Positions 8,137 through 17,558 of a stretch of DNA of 47,285 bases are shown one piece after another (positions within the stretch are counted from its first letter, which is position 1; each line of letters starts with the position of its first letter). The stretch lies in assembly GCA_034434975.1 (NCBI GenBank), contig DAOTYP010000156.1:1-47285 (forward strand), given 5' to 3'. A program made the position numbers and the translations under genes. The DNA is from Anaerolineae bacterium. GTDB lineage: Bacteria > Chloroflexota > Anaerolineae > JADYZS01. The notes beneath the pieces are model-generated. The model made no database searches, was not told where the DNA came from, and saw only the letters and a list, made by a program, of their open reading frames with translations.

Positions 8137-8177
8137 AGGCCGGCGGCTGGGAATGGCCGGCTGCGGCCTTTGTTTTT
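8137..8177 (+). terminator. intrinsic-terminator-like hairpin between rpmI and rplT
   Basis: AGGCCG (8137-8142) pairs with CGGCCT (8164-8169). An inner helix spans 8144-8150 and 8157-8163 (two G-U pairs, one bulge). TTTGTTTTT follows, directly before the rplT RBS AAGGAG. Confidence 0.45.
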
Positions 8178-8191
8178 AAGGAGAAGGCAAC

Positions 8192-8548
8192 GTGACGAGA
8201 GTGAAACGAGGGGTGACGGCCCGCGCTCGGCACAAGAGCGTGTTGGCGTTCACCAAGGGCCAAAAAGGGACGAAGCATGCCCTCTACCGTCGGGCCCACG
8301 AGGCGATGATGAAATCGCTAGCCTATGCCTATCGGGACCGACGGGATCGAAAGGGCGATTTCCGCCGCCTCTGGATCGCGCGCATCAACGCCGCCGCCCG
8401 TCAACAGGGCCTCACCTACAGTCGCCTGATGAAGGGGCTGCGGGAGGCGGGCGTGGCCATCAACCGCAAGATGCTGGCGGACTTAGCCGTGCGTGACCAG
8501 GCGGCCTTTGCCCAATTGGTGGCGGTGGCGAAGGGGAGCGGGGGGTAG
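8192..8548 (+). CDS. rplT: 50S ribosomal protein L20 (bL20)
   Basis: GTG start after [24 protein letters not shown]...[25 protein letters not shown] is canonical L20. Confidence 0.97.
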   Translation: MTRVKRGVTARARHKSVLAFTKGQKGTKHALYRRAHEAMMKSLAYAYRDRRDRKGDFRRLWIARINAAARQQGLTYSRLMKGLREAGVAINRKMLADLAVRDQAAFAQLVAVAKGSGG

Positions 8549-8589
8549 GGCCTCTTCGCCATAGCCCGTCGCGTGGGGCTGCCCTTCCC

Positions 8590-9381
8590 ATGATCACCAG
8601 CCTGGCGAACGAGAAGGTGAGGTACGCGCGAGCGCTCTTGCGGCGGCGGGCGAGGTTGCGGGAAGGGCGTTGCCTGATTGAGGGCCTCCGGCTGATAGAC
8701 GAAGCGTTGCGAGCGGGGAGCATCCCCGCTCTTGTCTTCTGTACGCCGGAAACGTTGGCCGACGCGCGCGGGGCGGCCCTCTACGAGCGCTGTCGGGCGT
8801 TGGGCGCGGCGGCGTACGAGGCCAGCGCGGAGGTGGTGGCGTCGCTGTCCGACACGGTCACGCCCCAGGGGATCGTGGCGGTGGTTCCCTTTCCCTCTCC
8901 TTCCTCGGCCTCGGCGCCGGGCCTGACCTTGGTGGTGGACGGCCTGCGCGATCCGGGCAACCTGGGCACGCTCCTGCGCTCGGCGGCCGCGTCGGGGGCA
9001 GAGCGGGTGTTGCTCGGGCCGGGGACGGTGGACCCTTACAGCCCTAAGGTGCTGCGCAGCGCGATGGGCGCGCATTTTCGCCTGCCGCCGGAGGTGGCCT
9101 CCTGGGCGGGCGTGGCGGAGGCGTTGCGCGGCCGTCCGGTCTGGCTGGCCGACGCGCGCGGGGAGGCCCGCTACGACCTGGTGGATTGGACCGAACCGTG
9201 CGGCCTGATCATCGGCGGGGAGGCGGAGGGGGCGAGCCCGCAGGCGGCCTCCTTGGCGACGGGGCGGGTGGCGATCCCCCTGGCGCGGGGGGTGGAGTCG
9301 CTGAACGCGGCGGTTGCGGCGAGCGTGATCTTGTTTGAAGCCGCGCGCCAACGGCGGGCGGCGGGGGTCTCCCGCCCCTGA
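8590..9381 (+). CDS. TrmH/SpoU family RNA 2'-O-methyltransferase (group 3)
   Basis: SpoU motifs: GLRDPGNLGTLLRSAAASG, LIIGGEAEG, and IPLARGVESLNAAVAASVILFE. Its position downstream of rplT mirrors the Bacillus ysgA arrangement. Confidence 0.85.
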   Translation: MITSLANEKVRYARALLRRRARLREGRCLIEGLRLIDEALRAGSIPALVFCTPETLADARGAALYERCRALGAAAYEASAEVVASLSDTVTPQGIVAVVPFPSPSSASAPGLTLVVDGLRDPGNLGTLLRSAAASGAERVLLGPGTVDPYSPKVLRSAMGAHFRLPPEVASWAGVAEALRGRPVWLADARGEARYDLVDWTEPCGLIIGGEAEGASPQAASLATGRVAIPLARGVESLNAAVAASVILFEAARQRRAAGVSRP

Positions 9382-9404
9382 ATATTATGTAAAATCGCGA
9401 CGGG

Positions 9405-10328
9405 GTGTTTCACATGAAACAGCGGATCGCGCCGCCGGAGCCGCAGCCGTCCATCTGCGACTACGAGGGCTCCAGCTACCGCACCGAGTTCTGGGGGGGC
9501 GGCCGGCGGGAGTACGAGGACCTGGCCGAGCGCAGCGCCCTGCGCGCCCTCCTCCCGCCCACCGGCCAGCGCCTGGTGGAGGTCGGCGCCGGCTTCGGCC
9601 GCCTGGCCGACCTCTACGCCACCTACCGCGAGGTGGTGCTCCTGGATTACTCCAAATCCATCCTGCGCGAGGCCCAAGAGCGCCTCGGGCGCGACCCGCG
9701 CTTCGTTTACGTGGTCGGCAACATCTACGACCTCCCCCTGGCCGACCAGGCGGCGGAGACCGTCGTCCTCGTCCGCGTCATCCACCACATCCAGGACGTG
9801 CCGCGCGCCCTGGCCGAGATCACCCGCGTCCTCGCCGGGCGCGGCACCCTCATCCTGGAGTACGCCAGCAAACGCCACCTGAAGGCCATCGCCCGCTACC
9901 TCCTGCGCGCCCAGGCTTGGAGCCCCTTCGCCCTGCAGCCGTATGAGTTCGTCCCCCTCAACTTCAACTTCCACCCCGCCTGGATGGAGGCACGGCTGCG
10001 GGAAGCCGGGCTCGCCGTGGAGGCGACGCGGGCCGTCTCCTGGTTCCGCAGCCCCGCCCTCAAAAGGGCTGTCGGTGCCGGCCGCCTCGCCGCGCTAGAC
10101 CGCCGCCTGCAGCCCCTCGGACGCTGGCTGAAGCTGACCCCCAGCATCTTCCTGAAGGCCCGCGCCCCGGCCAAGGAAGCCGCGCCGGAGGGCCTCTTCC
10201 GTTGCCCCCTCTGCCACAGCCAGGCCCTCGCCGCCCACCCTCACGGCCTCACCTGTCAGGGCTGCGGACAGCGCTGGCCTCTAGATGACGGCATCTACGA
10301 CTTCAAGACCCCCCTCGCCGCGGCCTGA
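9405..10328 (+). CDS. class I SAM-dependent methyltransferase with C-terminal Trm112-like zinc ribbon
   Basis: Motif I is LVEVGAGFGRL. The C-terminal CPLC...CQGCGQRWPLDDGIYDF is a CxxC...CxxC ribbon of the Trm112/UPF0434 type. Start is GTG 9405 or ATG 9414. Confidence 0.8.
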   Translation: MFHMKQRIAPPEPQPSICDYEGSSYRTEFWGGGRREYEDLAERSALRALLPPTGQRLVEVGAGFGRLADLYATYREVVLLDYSKSILREAQERLGRDPRFVYVVGNIYDLPLADQAAETVVLVRVIHHIQDVPRALAEITRVLAGRGTLILEYASKRHLKAIARYLLRAQAWSPFALQPYEFVPLNFNFHPAWMEARLREAGLAVEATRAVSWFRSPALKRAVGAGRLAALDRRLQPLGRWLKLTPSIFLKARAPAKEAAPEGLFRCPLCHSQALAAHPHGLTCQGCGQRWPLDDGIYDFKTPLAAA

Positions 10329-10387
10329 CTTTTAATGCCCGTTTAATCTCCATCTGCTACAGTGCCGCCCATAGCGGCCAGGAAAGC

Positions 10388-10420
10388 GCGGAGACGTCCC
10401 GCCGTCAGGGGCGTCTCCGC
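10388..10420 (+). other. GC-rich stem-loop in the leader of the ABC operon
   Basis: GCGGAGACGTCCC and GGGGCGTCTCCGC form a 13-bp stem (one G-U pair) with a 7-nt loop GCCGTCA. There is no T-tract. Confidence 0.5.
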
Positions 10421-10472
10421 TGCGATGAGACCCCCTGCCGCGAAAAACGGAGGCGCAGGAAGCGAACGAACT

Positions 10473-11384
10473 ATGATACAAGCGCAAGGGCTAACCAAGA
10501 CCTACGGCGACCGGATCGCAATCCAAGATGTGTCCTTTGAGGTGCAGGCCGGCGAGATCCTCGGTTTCCTGGGGCCCAACGGCGCAGGAAAGACCACCAC
10601 GATGCGGATCCTCACCGGCTACATGCCTCCTACCGCCGGCCGCGCGCGCGTCGCAGGCTACGATGTCTTCTCCGAATCCATAGAGGCCCGCCGCCACATC
10701 GGCTACCTGCCGGAGACGGTCCCCCTCTACCCGGAGATGACCGTGGCGGGTTACCTGGACTTCGTCGGACGGCTGCGCCACATCCCCGACCGACGCGCGC
10801 GCCTCGCGGAGGTCATGGAGCGGCTGCACCTGGAGGACCAGGCCGACATCCCCATCGGCAAGCTCTCCAAGGGCTATCGCCAGCGCGTCGGTCTGGCCCA
10901 GGCCATCCTTCACAAGCCGCGCGTCCTGATCCTGGATGAGCCCACCATCGGCCTGGACCCCCGCCAGATCATTGAGGTCCGCAGCCTCATCCGGGAGCTA
11001 GGCGGCGAGCACACCATCATCCTCAGCACCCACATCCTCCCCGAGGCTTCCCAGGTGTGCAACCGCGTCCTCATCATCAACGAGGGCCAGATCGTGGCCG
11101 AGGATACGCCCGAACGCCTGACCGCGCGCCTCAAGGGCGGCGAACGCATCTACGTCCAGGTGGGTGGCTCCCCCGACGGCCTGCCGGAGGCGTTGAGCGG
11201 CATAGAGGGCGTAACCGGCGTGGAGCCGAAGGGGAACGGCGGCTACGAGGTGATCTGCGCGTTGGGCGCCGATCGGCGCGCCGCCATCGCCCAGACGATC
11301 GTCTCCCGCGGCTGGCCTCTGCTGGAGCTCAGGCCGGTGGGGATGAGCCTGGAGGAGATCTTCCTGAAGCTGACGACGGAGTAG
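10473..11384 (+). CDS. ABC transporter ATP-binding protein (ABC-2 / GldA-like)
   Basis: ATG at 10473 after GGAGGCGCAGGAAG. Walker [10 protein letters not shown], signature LSKGYRQR, Walker B LILDEPT. The track's N-terminal extension is Arg/Ala-rich and lacks homology features. Confidence 0.9.
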   Translation: MIQAQGLTKTYGDRIAIQDVSFEVQAGEILGFLGPNGAGKTTTMRILTGYMPPTAGRARVAGYDVFSESIEARRHIGYLPETVPLYPEMTVAGYLDFVGRLRHIPDRRARLAEVMERLHLEDQADIPIGKLSKGYRQRVGLAQAILHKPRVLILDEPTIGLDPRQIIEVRSLIRELGGEHTIILSTHILPEASQVCNRVLIINEGQIVAEDTPERLTARLKGGERIYVQVGGSPDGLPEALSGIEGVTGVEPKGNGGYEVICALGADRRAAIAQTIVSRGWPLLELRPVGMSLEEIFLKLTTE

Positions 11385-11396
11385 TGAGGAGAGCCT

Positions 11397-12107
11397 ATGC
11401 GTAACGCCTTCACCATCGCGCGGCGCGAACTGAGCGCCTACTTTACCTCGCCTGTAGCCTACGTGGTCACCGCAGGCTTCCTCGTCATCGCCGGCTATTT
11501 CTTCTACTTCATTTTGTACTACAGCCAGGAGGCCACCCTGCGCTACCTCTTCAACAACCTGACGACCATCCTCTTGTTCGTTGCGCCCATCCTTTCCATG
11601 CGGCTCTTGGCCGAGGAGCAACGCAGCGGCACCATAGAGCTCCTCCTCACCGCGCCGGTGCGCGATTGGGAGGTCGTCTTGGGCAAATGGGCCGCCGCCC
11701 TCGCCTTCTGGCTCGTCATGCTCCTGCCGACGCTCCTCTATCCTTTCTTCCTGAGCCGCTTCGGCGACCCTGATTGGTTCCCCATCATCACCGGCTACCT
11801 GGGGATCATCCTTCTCGGCGGCGTCCTCCTGGCCTTGGGAACCCTCACCTCGGCCCTGACGCAGAACCAAGTCGTCGCCGCGGTGCTCGGCATCGGCCTG
11901 ACGATCTTGCTGTGGCTCATCGGCGCGGCCGGCGATTTCGCCGGCTCCTCCCTCAGCGGCTTCTTCCAGTACTTGGCCTTGAGCACCCATTTCTACGACC
12001 TGACCCGCGGCGTCGTGGACACCAAGAACCTCATCTACTACCTGAGCGTGATCGTCGCCGCCCTCTTCTTGGCGACGCGCGTCCTGGAAAGCCGGAGGTG
12101 GCGCTGA
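11397..12107 (+). CDS. ABC-2 type transporter permease (GldF-like)
   Basis: 236-aa polytopic protein. Its N-terminus FTIARRELSAYFTSPVAYVV is typical of ABC-2 permeases. Lies 12 nt after the ATPase stop. Confidence 0.8.
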   Translation: MRNAFTIARRELSAYFTSPVAYVVTAGFLVIAGYFFYFILYYSQEATLRYLFNNLTTILLFVAPILSMRLLAEEQRSGTIELLLTAPVRDWEVVLGKWAAALAFWLVMLLPTLLYPFFLSRFGDPDWFPIITGYLGIILLGGVLLALGTLTSALTQNQVVAAVLGIGLTILLWLIGAAGDFAGSSLSGFFQYLALSTHFYDLTRGVVDTKNLIYYLSVIVAALFLATRVLESRRWR

Positions 12108-12108
12108 G

Positions 12109-13650
12109 ATGTGGAGAAACTGGCGAGAGAAACTGCAGGACGGGGCTGCCGGCTTCGGCTGGGGCGGCGTGATCGCCTTGCTCCTGGCCTTCCTGGCCTG
12201 GCGCCTGGGAAGCCAACCCCAGTGGCTTCCCCAAGGGCTCCTGATCGTCGGCATAGCGGCCATCGGGCTGTTCGCCCTCCTGCGACCGGAGGCCGTGCGC
12301 ACCCTCTTGGCCCGACGCCAGGCTCGCTACGGCAGCAACGCGCTGGTCATGACCTTGGCCCTCCTGGGCATCTTGTTCTTCGTGAACGTGTGGAGCAACA
12401 ACCACCACAAGCGTTGGGACCTCACCGAGAACAAGCGCTATTCCCTGTCGCCGCAGACCATCGCCGTGCTGAAGAACTTGAAGGAGCCCGTCAAGATCAC
12501 GGGCTTCTATACCCCTGCCGAGAGCGGCCAGCGAGAACAGGTGGAGGACCTGCTGAAGGAGTACATGTACCACACCAACCTCCTGCAGGTAGAGTACGTG
12601 GATCCCGACCAGAAGCCTGCCCTGGCGCGCCAGTTGGGCATCTCCTCCAGCGGCGTCCTCGTCTTCCAGCGGGGGAGCAAGAAGCAGGAATCCTACGCCA
12701 TAGATGAGCAGGACATCACCAGCAACATCCTGAAGGTCTCCCAGGATGTCCAGAAGGCCGTCTACTTCACCGTCGGCCACGGCGAGCGGGACCCTGAGGG
12801 CTACGACGCGGCGAACTACTCCCAGATCAAGGCCATCTTGGAGCGGGACAACTACCTGGTCAAGACCCTGAACCTGGCCACCGTGACCGATACCCTTCCC
12901 TCCGACGTGGCCGTCCTCGTCGTCGCCGGCCCGCGGGGGCCCTTCGCGCCGCAGGAGGCGCAGCGCCTGGGCGATTACCTGGAAAAGGGGGGCAAGGTCA
13001 TGGTGCTGGCGGATCCCACCGTGGACCTGGGCCTGGATGAGGTGTTGGCGCGTTGGGGGATCACGTTGCGCAACGACGTGGTGATTGATCCCGTTGCTTC
13101 GTTCTTCGGTGACGTGGCGACGCCGCTGGTCTCGCGCTATCGCTTCCACACCATCACCAAAGACCTGGGCGGGTTGAGCACCTTCTTCCCCCTGGCCCGC
13201 TCCATCAGCGCGACCGTCTCCCTGACCAACACGACGGTAACAACCCTCTTTGAGACGAGCGCGGGAGCCTGGGGGGAGACCGACCTGGAGAACCGCCAAG
13301 CCTCTTTGGATGAGGGGAAAGATATCAAAGGCCCCCTGGCCCTCGGCGTGGCTGCCGAGCGCACGGAGGGGCAACGGGGCCGCCTCGTCGTCTTCGGCGA
13401 TGCCGACTTCCCCAGCAACAACGGGCTCTCCGTGCGCGGCACCGTAGGCAACGCCGACCTCTTCCGCAACGCCATCAACTGGCTGGCGGAAGAGGAGTCG
13501 CTCATCGCCATCGGCCCCAAGGCGCCGGAATACCGCCGGATCCGCCCTTTGACGCCGGGCGAGCAACGCCTTCTCTTCTACTCTACCGTCATCCTTCTCC
13601 CCTTGGCCGTCCTGATCATCGGCGGGGCGGTCTGGTGGAGCCGTCGTTGA
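12109..13650 (+). CDS. GldG-like ABC transporter auxiliary protein
   Basis: Its ATG lies 1 nt after the permease stop. It has N- and C-terminal TM anchors flanking a large extracytoplasmic domain. GDADF and the overall architecture resemble the GldG family. Confidence 0.75.
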   Translation: MWRNWREKLQDGAAGFGWGGVIALLLAFLAWRLGSQPQWLPQGLLIVGIAAIGLFALLRPEAVRTLLARRQARYGSNALVMTLALLGILFFVNVWSNNHHKRWDLTENKRYSLSPQTIAVLKNLKEPVKITGFYTPAESGQREQVEDLLKEYMYHTNLLQVEYVDPDQKPALARQLGISSSGVLVFQRGSKKQESYAIDEQDITSNILKVSQDVQKAVYFTVGHGERDPEGYDAANYSQIKAILERDNYLVKTLNLATVTDTLPSDVAVLVVAGPRGPFAPQEAQRLGDYLEKGGKVMVLADPTVDLGLDEVLARWGITLRNDVVIDPVASFFGDVATPLVSRYRFHTITKDLGGLSTFFPLARSISATVSLTNTTVTTLFETSAGAWGETDLENRQASLDEGKDIKGPLALGVAAERTEGQRGRLVVFGDADFPSNNGLSVRGTVGNADLFRNAINWLAEEESLIAIGPKAPEYRRIRPLTPGEQRLLFYSTVILLPLAVLIIGGAVWWSRR

Positions 13651-13728
13651 AGGGCGAGCCCTCCGGGGGCCACCTACGCGTGGCTTGGCAGGGATGATAT
13701 CTCAAAACTCAAGACGATCACAAAACCT

Positions 13729-14376
13729 ATGCGCTTCCGGAACACTTTCCTTCTCGTCATCGTCTTCATCATTGTGGCGGGGTACGTCTACCTGACCGAG
13801 GGGCGAGGTCGGAAGGCCGCCGAGATGGCCCTCCAGAGCCCATCCCTCGTGACGTCGGTGCTTCAGTTGGATCCCGGCCAGGTCCTCACCATCACGGTGC
13901 AGGGGCCGACGGGGCAGACGCGCCTGAGCCGCCAGGGCAAAGATAGCCCCTGGCAAATGGAAACGACCGTCCCCTTGACGCCGACCCTCAGCGGCGCGGC
14001 CGAGGCTGACGAGGAGCGGGCCAACCTGGCCCTTTCCCTCGTCGCCAACCTGACGGCGAGCCGCGTCTTGACCGACGTCACGGACCTGGCCCCTTACGGT
14101 CTGGCCTCGCCGCAATGGTCTGTGACCCTGGAGACCGCTCAGGGCCAGCGAGAGACCGTCTATGTGGGGGATAAAAACCCCCAGGGGTGGTCTTATTATG
14201 TGAAGCGGACCGGGGACGCCGCGGTGTATCTCATCGCCGCTTCTACCGGCGATGACCTGCGCGCGCTGGTGGAGAGGCCGCCGCTGAAGCCGACGCCCAC
14301 GCCGACGGCGACGGCCACGAGGGAGGAGGAAACGCCGTCTCCTACCCCTCTGCCTACGGCGACGGCATCGCCGTAG
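13729..14376 (+). CDS. DUF4340-like membrane-anchored protein with Pro/Thr-rich tail
   Basis: N-terminal TM segment (FLLVIVFIIVAGYVYL). It occupies the position after GldG that DUF4340 proteins usually hold. The tail is KPTPTPTATATREEETPSPTPLPTATASP. Confidence 0.55.
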   Translation: MRFRNTFLLVIVFIIVAGYVYLTEGRGRKAAEMALQSPSLVTSVLQLDPGQVLTITVQGPTGQTRLSRQGKDSPWQMETTVPLTPTLSGAAEADEERANLALSLVANLTASRVLTDVTDLAPYGLASPQWSVTLETAQGQRETVYVGDKNPQGWSYYVKRTGDAAVYLIAASTGDDLRALVERPPLKPTPTPTATATREEETPSPTPLPTATASP

Positions 14377-14420
14377 CGCGGGTTTTCAACATGTCTTGCA
14401 ATATGTAGAATTATTCTCTA

Positions 14421-14449
14421 TTGCAGATTGCGGCCATTTGTGGTACATT
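14421..14449 (+). promoter_or_regulatory. sigma-70-type promoter with extended -10 upstream of rpoD
   Basis: TTGCAG (14421-14426), 17 nt, TACATT (14444-14449), preceded by TGg. It is the only AT-rich stretch in this spacer. Confidence 0.5.
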
Positions 14450-14583
14450 TATTTTATAAGGGACCGCAATGGCCGGGAGAGGTATGGTTTCACAGGAGAG
14501 CCGACCCCCGCTGCTCATCACCAGACGTGCTGACGGGGGCGTTCTTGTGCGAGCCTGAGGAGCGTGCCCGTCCCGGGGTGTGG

Positions 14584-15855
14584 ATGGGGAGCCCCCTGGC
14601 CGTTGGCAGGTTGCAGTTCGTTGGGAAGGGAGTGAAAAAGTTGGCAGTGGAGGAAGAGCGAGCGTTGCTGCCTCAACCGGAGGAAACTCGTGAGGATCAT
14701 CACGAGGATCACAAGGAGGAAATTGAGCGTTTGCTGGCCATCGGCAAAGCGCAGGGTTACGTCACCTATGAGGACGTGCTCCAGATCTTCCCGGAAGCCG
14801 AGTCTAATATGGAACAACTGGAAGACCTATTTGCAACTCTTTTTGAGAACGGCATTGAGGTAGGCCAACAGGAGGAAGGTGAAGCGATCGCGCTGGAAGG
14901 GGCGGAGATCCCGGAGGAATCCGTGGACGACTTTGACCTGAGCCAGATTGAGATAGACGACTCCATCAGCCTCTACCTCAAGGAGATCGGTCGCGTCCCC
15001 TTGCTCACCGCCGAACAGGAGGTGGAACTGGCGCAGCGGATGGAGCGGGGGCGCGCCGCGCGCCGGCAACTCGCCAAAGGCGTGGACGATCCGGTGGAGC
15101 GCGAGCAACTTCTGGCCCAGGTCAAAGATGGGCAGGCTGCCCAGGAGCACCTCATCAAGGCGAACTCGCGCCTCGTCGTCAGCGTCGCCAAAAAGTACGT
15201 GGGGCGCGGCGTTCCTTTCTTGGACCTCATCCAGGAGGGGAACATCGGCCTGATCCGCGCGGTCAAGAAGTTTGACTACCGGCGCGGCTACAAGTTCAGC
15301 ACCTATGCCACCTGGTGGATTCGCCAGGCGGTTACGCGCGCCATCGCCGATCAAGGGCGCACCATTCGCGTGCCGGTGCACATGTACGAGCAGATCAATC
15401 GCCTGACGCGCGCCTCTCGTCAGTTGGTGCAGGAACTGGGCCGTGACCCCACTACCGAGGAGATCGCCGAGGAATTGGGGGTGACGCCGCGCAAGGTGGA
15501 GCAGATCATCCGCGTGTCGCAGCGTCCGCTGAGCCTGGAGATGCCGGTAGGCGAGGAGGAAGACTCCTACCTGGGCGATTTCATTGAAGATGAGGATGCC
15601 CCTTCGCCGACCGACGCGGCCTCTCAGCGCATGCTGCGGGAAGCCATTGATGAGATCTTCCAATCGCTGACGCCGCGCGAGGTGCGCATTCTGCAACTGC
15701 GCTTCGGCCTGGTGGACGGCTACTCCTACACCCTGGAGGAGGTAGGCCGCAAGTTCGGCGTGACGCGAGAGCGCATCCGCCAGATTGAGGCGCAGGCGCT
15801 GGGCCGCTTGCGCCATCCCAGCCGCAGCCGCAAACTGCGCGATTACCTGAGCTGA
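14584..15855 (+). CDS. rpoD: primary RNA polymerase sigma factor (RpoD/SigA)
   Basis: Regions 1.2 to 4.2 are recognisable: [68 protein letters not shown]. The start is uncertain. ATG 14584 is used here. TTG 14641 and GTG 14647 follow a better SD (GGGAAGGGAG). The track start at 14428 lies inside the predicted promoter. Confidence 0.93.
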   Translation: MGSPLAVGRLQFVGKGVKKLAVEEERALLPQPEETREDHHEDHKEEIERLLAIGKAQGYVTYEDVLQIFPEAESNMEQLEDLFATLFENGIEVGQQEEGEAIALEGAEIPEESVDDFDLSQIEIDDSISLYLKEIGRVPLLTAEQEVELAQRMERGRAARRQLAKGVDDPVEREQLLAQVKDGQAAQEHLIKANSRLVVSVAKKYVGRGVPFLDLIQEGNIGLIRAVKKFDYRRGYKFSTYATWWIRQAVTRAIADQGRTIRVPVHMYEQINRLTRASRQLVQELGRDPTTEEIAEELGVTPRKVEQIIRVSQRPLSLEMPVGEEEDSYLGDFIEDEDAPSPTDAASQRMLREAIDEIFQSLTPREVRILQLRFGLVDGYSYTLEEVGRKFGVTRERIRQIEAQALGRLRHPSRSRKLRDYLS

Positions 15856-15878
15856 CCTCCTGTTGACAAGCACAAAAG

Positions 15879-15915
15879 GGCATGACCGCCTCGCGGGCGG
15901 TCATGCCTCTTTTTT
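15879..15915. terminator. bidirectional intrinsic terminator shared by rpoD (+) and the DUF5320-like gene (-)
   Basis: GGCATGACCGCC (15879-15890), loop TCGCG, GGCGGTCATGCC (15896-15907). It is flanked by CAAAAG on the left and TCTTTTTT on the right. The right arm and T-tract overlap the last codons and stop of the minus-strand gene. Confidence 0.85.
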
Positions 15916-16143
15916 CAGTTCCTCTATCTCTTTCTCTACCTCTCGCAGTTCGTCTTCCAGTTCCTCTTTGTACTTCTGGAGCTCGCTGCGGTACTCCTCC
16001 AGCATCTCCAGGTATTCCTGGCGTCGCGGGAACCCCCAGGGGCCGAAGCCCGCCCACGCGCCCCAGGCGCGCGGCCCCGCCATGCGGAACCAGAAGGGTG
16101 GGAAGCCGAAACGCATGCGCGCGTACCAATGTCGCCCGGGCAT
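15901..16143 (-). CDS. small DUF5320-like protein (aromatic/Gly-rich N-half, coiled-coil C-half)
   Basis: ATG at 16143 has a perfect GGAAGGAGG RBS with a 7-nt spacer. The sequence is MPGRHWYARMRFGFPPFWFRMAGPRAWGAWAGFGPWGFPRRQEYLEMLEEYRSELQKYKEELEDELREVEKEIEELKKEA. The track's earlier start (16185) would cover the TGgTAAAAT -10 element at 16176-16184. Confidence 0.55.
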   Translation of the reverse strand: MPGRHWYARMRFGFPPFWFRMAGPRAWGAWAGFGPWGFPRRQEYLEMLEEYRSELQKYKEELEDELREVEKEIEELKKEA

Positions 16144-16272
16144 GGCAGACACCTCCTTCCGCGATTTACTTTTCCATTTTACCACAAGGCTTGGCCTGCT
16201 GACCAGACCTCGTCGCGTCCTACCGTCGGGAAGGGACGTCGGCCAAGGCGCAAAAGTCGCGGCCGTCTCGCC

Positions 16273-17433
16273 TCAATACAGGAACATCGGCTTGCCCAAG
16301 AGGTGCTTCACGCGCGGCTTGTAGTTCTCCGCATCGTAGAGCTCGGCCACGTCCACCCGCTTGACCCCTTGGGTGATGGTGTCTATCGGGATCGTGGTAT
16401 AGACGCCGTTCTGCAAGGCGACCATCTGGCCCGCGTAGCCGCGCAGGACCAGGTCCACCGCCAGGTTCGCGTAGGAGATCGCGACCATGCGATCCAGCGA
16501 GTCGGGCGCGCCGGAGCGCATCAGGTAGGCGAGCTGCTGATACACGATGTCCTCGCCTGTGAGGCGCTTCAGGGCCTCGCCGGTGATCTGGCCGATGCCG
16601 CCCAATTTCTTGTGGCCGTAGGCGTCCTCCTGGCCGTACTCCACCACCTGTCCGCCGACCATAGAGGCACCTTCCGAGATGACGACGATGGCGTAGTTGC
16701 TAGGGTTGCGTCGTTTGTCCTCCATCACCAGCTTGGCCAGCCGCTCTACGTCAAACGGGACCTCGGAGATCACGGCGCGATCGGCATCCGACAGGTAGGC
16801 CGAGATGAGGGCCGTCTCACCGGAGTTGCGGCCGAACAGCTCGATCACCGCGATCCGCTCATGGGAGCCCGAGGGCGTGCGCAGCGCGTTGATGAACTCC
16901 ACGCTGCGGGTGACCGCCGTGGAGAAGCCAATGCAGTAGTCGGTCCCGAAGACGTCGTTATCCATCGTCTTGGGGATGCCCACCACGCGGAAGCCCTCTT
17001 TGTGCAGCCGCACGGCGTAGGAGAGCGTGTCGTCGCCGCCGATGGGGATGAGGGTCTGGATGCCCAGGTAGTCCAGCACCCGCAGGATGTGCGCGGTGCA
17101 GTCAACGGATTTCTGCCCCTCCTTCAAGGGGAACTGGCCCTTGAGAAACGCCGGCAACTCCTTCTCGCGCACGTTGGCGGGGTTGGTGCGCGAGGTGTGC
17201 AGATGGGTGCCGCCGTAGCGATCAATGGTACGGACATCCGCCTTGGTGAGGGGTTGGATCCACTCCTTCTGGGCGTCCTTGTCATCGGGGTTGAAGTTCA
17301 GCAGGCCTGCCCAACCCCGGCGAATGCCGATCACCTCGTAGCCACCGTCAATGGCCCGGTTCACGATGGTCTTGATGCACGGGTTCAGGCCGGGAACGTC
17401 ACCGCCGCCCGTCAAGATTCCCAGTCTTGGCAT
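16273..17433 (-). CDS. pfp: 6-phosphofructokinase, predicted pyrophosphate-dependent type
   Basis: PFK family: [30 protein letters not shown]. The Asp in GGDD and the Lys in PKT are the residues associated with PPi rather than ATP dependence. Confidence 0.88.
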   Translation of the reverse strand: MPRLGILTGGGDVPGLNPCIKTIVNRAIDGGYEVIGIRRGWAGLLNFNPDDKDAQKEWIQPLTKADVRTIDRYGGTHLHTSRTNPANVREKELPAFLKGQFPLKEGQKSVDCTAHILRVLDYLGIQTLIPIGGDDTLSYAVRLHKEGFRVVGIPKTMDNDVFGTDYCIGFSTAVTRSVEFINALRTPSGSHERIAVIELFGRNSGETALISAYLSDADRAVISEVPFDVERLAKLVMEDKRRNPSNYAIVVISEGASMVGGQVVEYGQEDAYGHKKLGGIGQITGEALKRLTGEDIVYQQLAYLMRSGAPDSLDRMVAISYANLAVDLVLRGYAGQMVALQNGVYTTIPIDTITQGVKRVDVAELYDAENYKPRVKHLLGKPMFLY

Positions 17434-17558
17434 CTCCTTAACCTCCTAAAAATATGTGCAAGTTTTACATGCCGCCGCATGGATAGAGGCCGGCCTTGGG
17501 GATAGGGGAGCGCGTCCGATGCACCTTTCCGTCCCTCTATCGTCAAGGCCTGGCCGCC

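Noticed and set aside
10998-13566. Two long minus-strand ORFs (434 aa and 511 aa) antisense to the ABC transporter genes
   Set aside because: These are GC-driven shadow ORFs. The plus-strand genes carry Walker and ABC-2/GldG features and show tight operon spacing.
14428-14583. Track start of rpoD at 14428
   Set aside because: It lies within the predicted promoter (TTGCAG...TACATT). The first 52 residues show no sigma region 1.1 character.
16129-17505. 458-aa plus-strand ORF antisense to the phosphofructokinase gene
   Set aside because: It is a mirror-frame shadow ORF of a strongly conserved gene in GC-rich DNA. Its composition is Arg/Ala/Gly/Val-rich, with no recognisable motifs and no RBS.
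17434-17558. Promoter for pfp in the gpsA-pfp spacer (minus-strand TTGACG and TTGCAC boxes)
   Set aside because: Several -35-like hexamers are present, but none is paired with a convincing -10 element at 16-18 nt. Only the strong RBS (AGGAGGTTAAGGAG) is clear.
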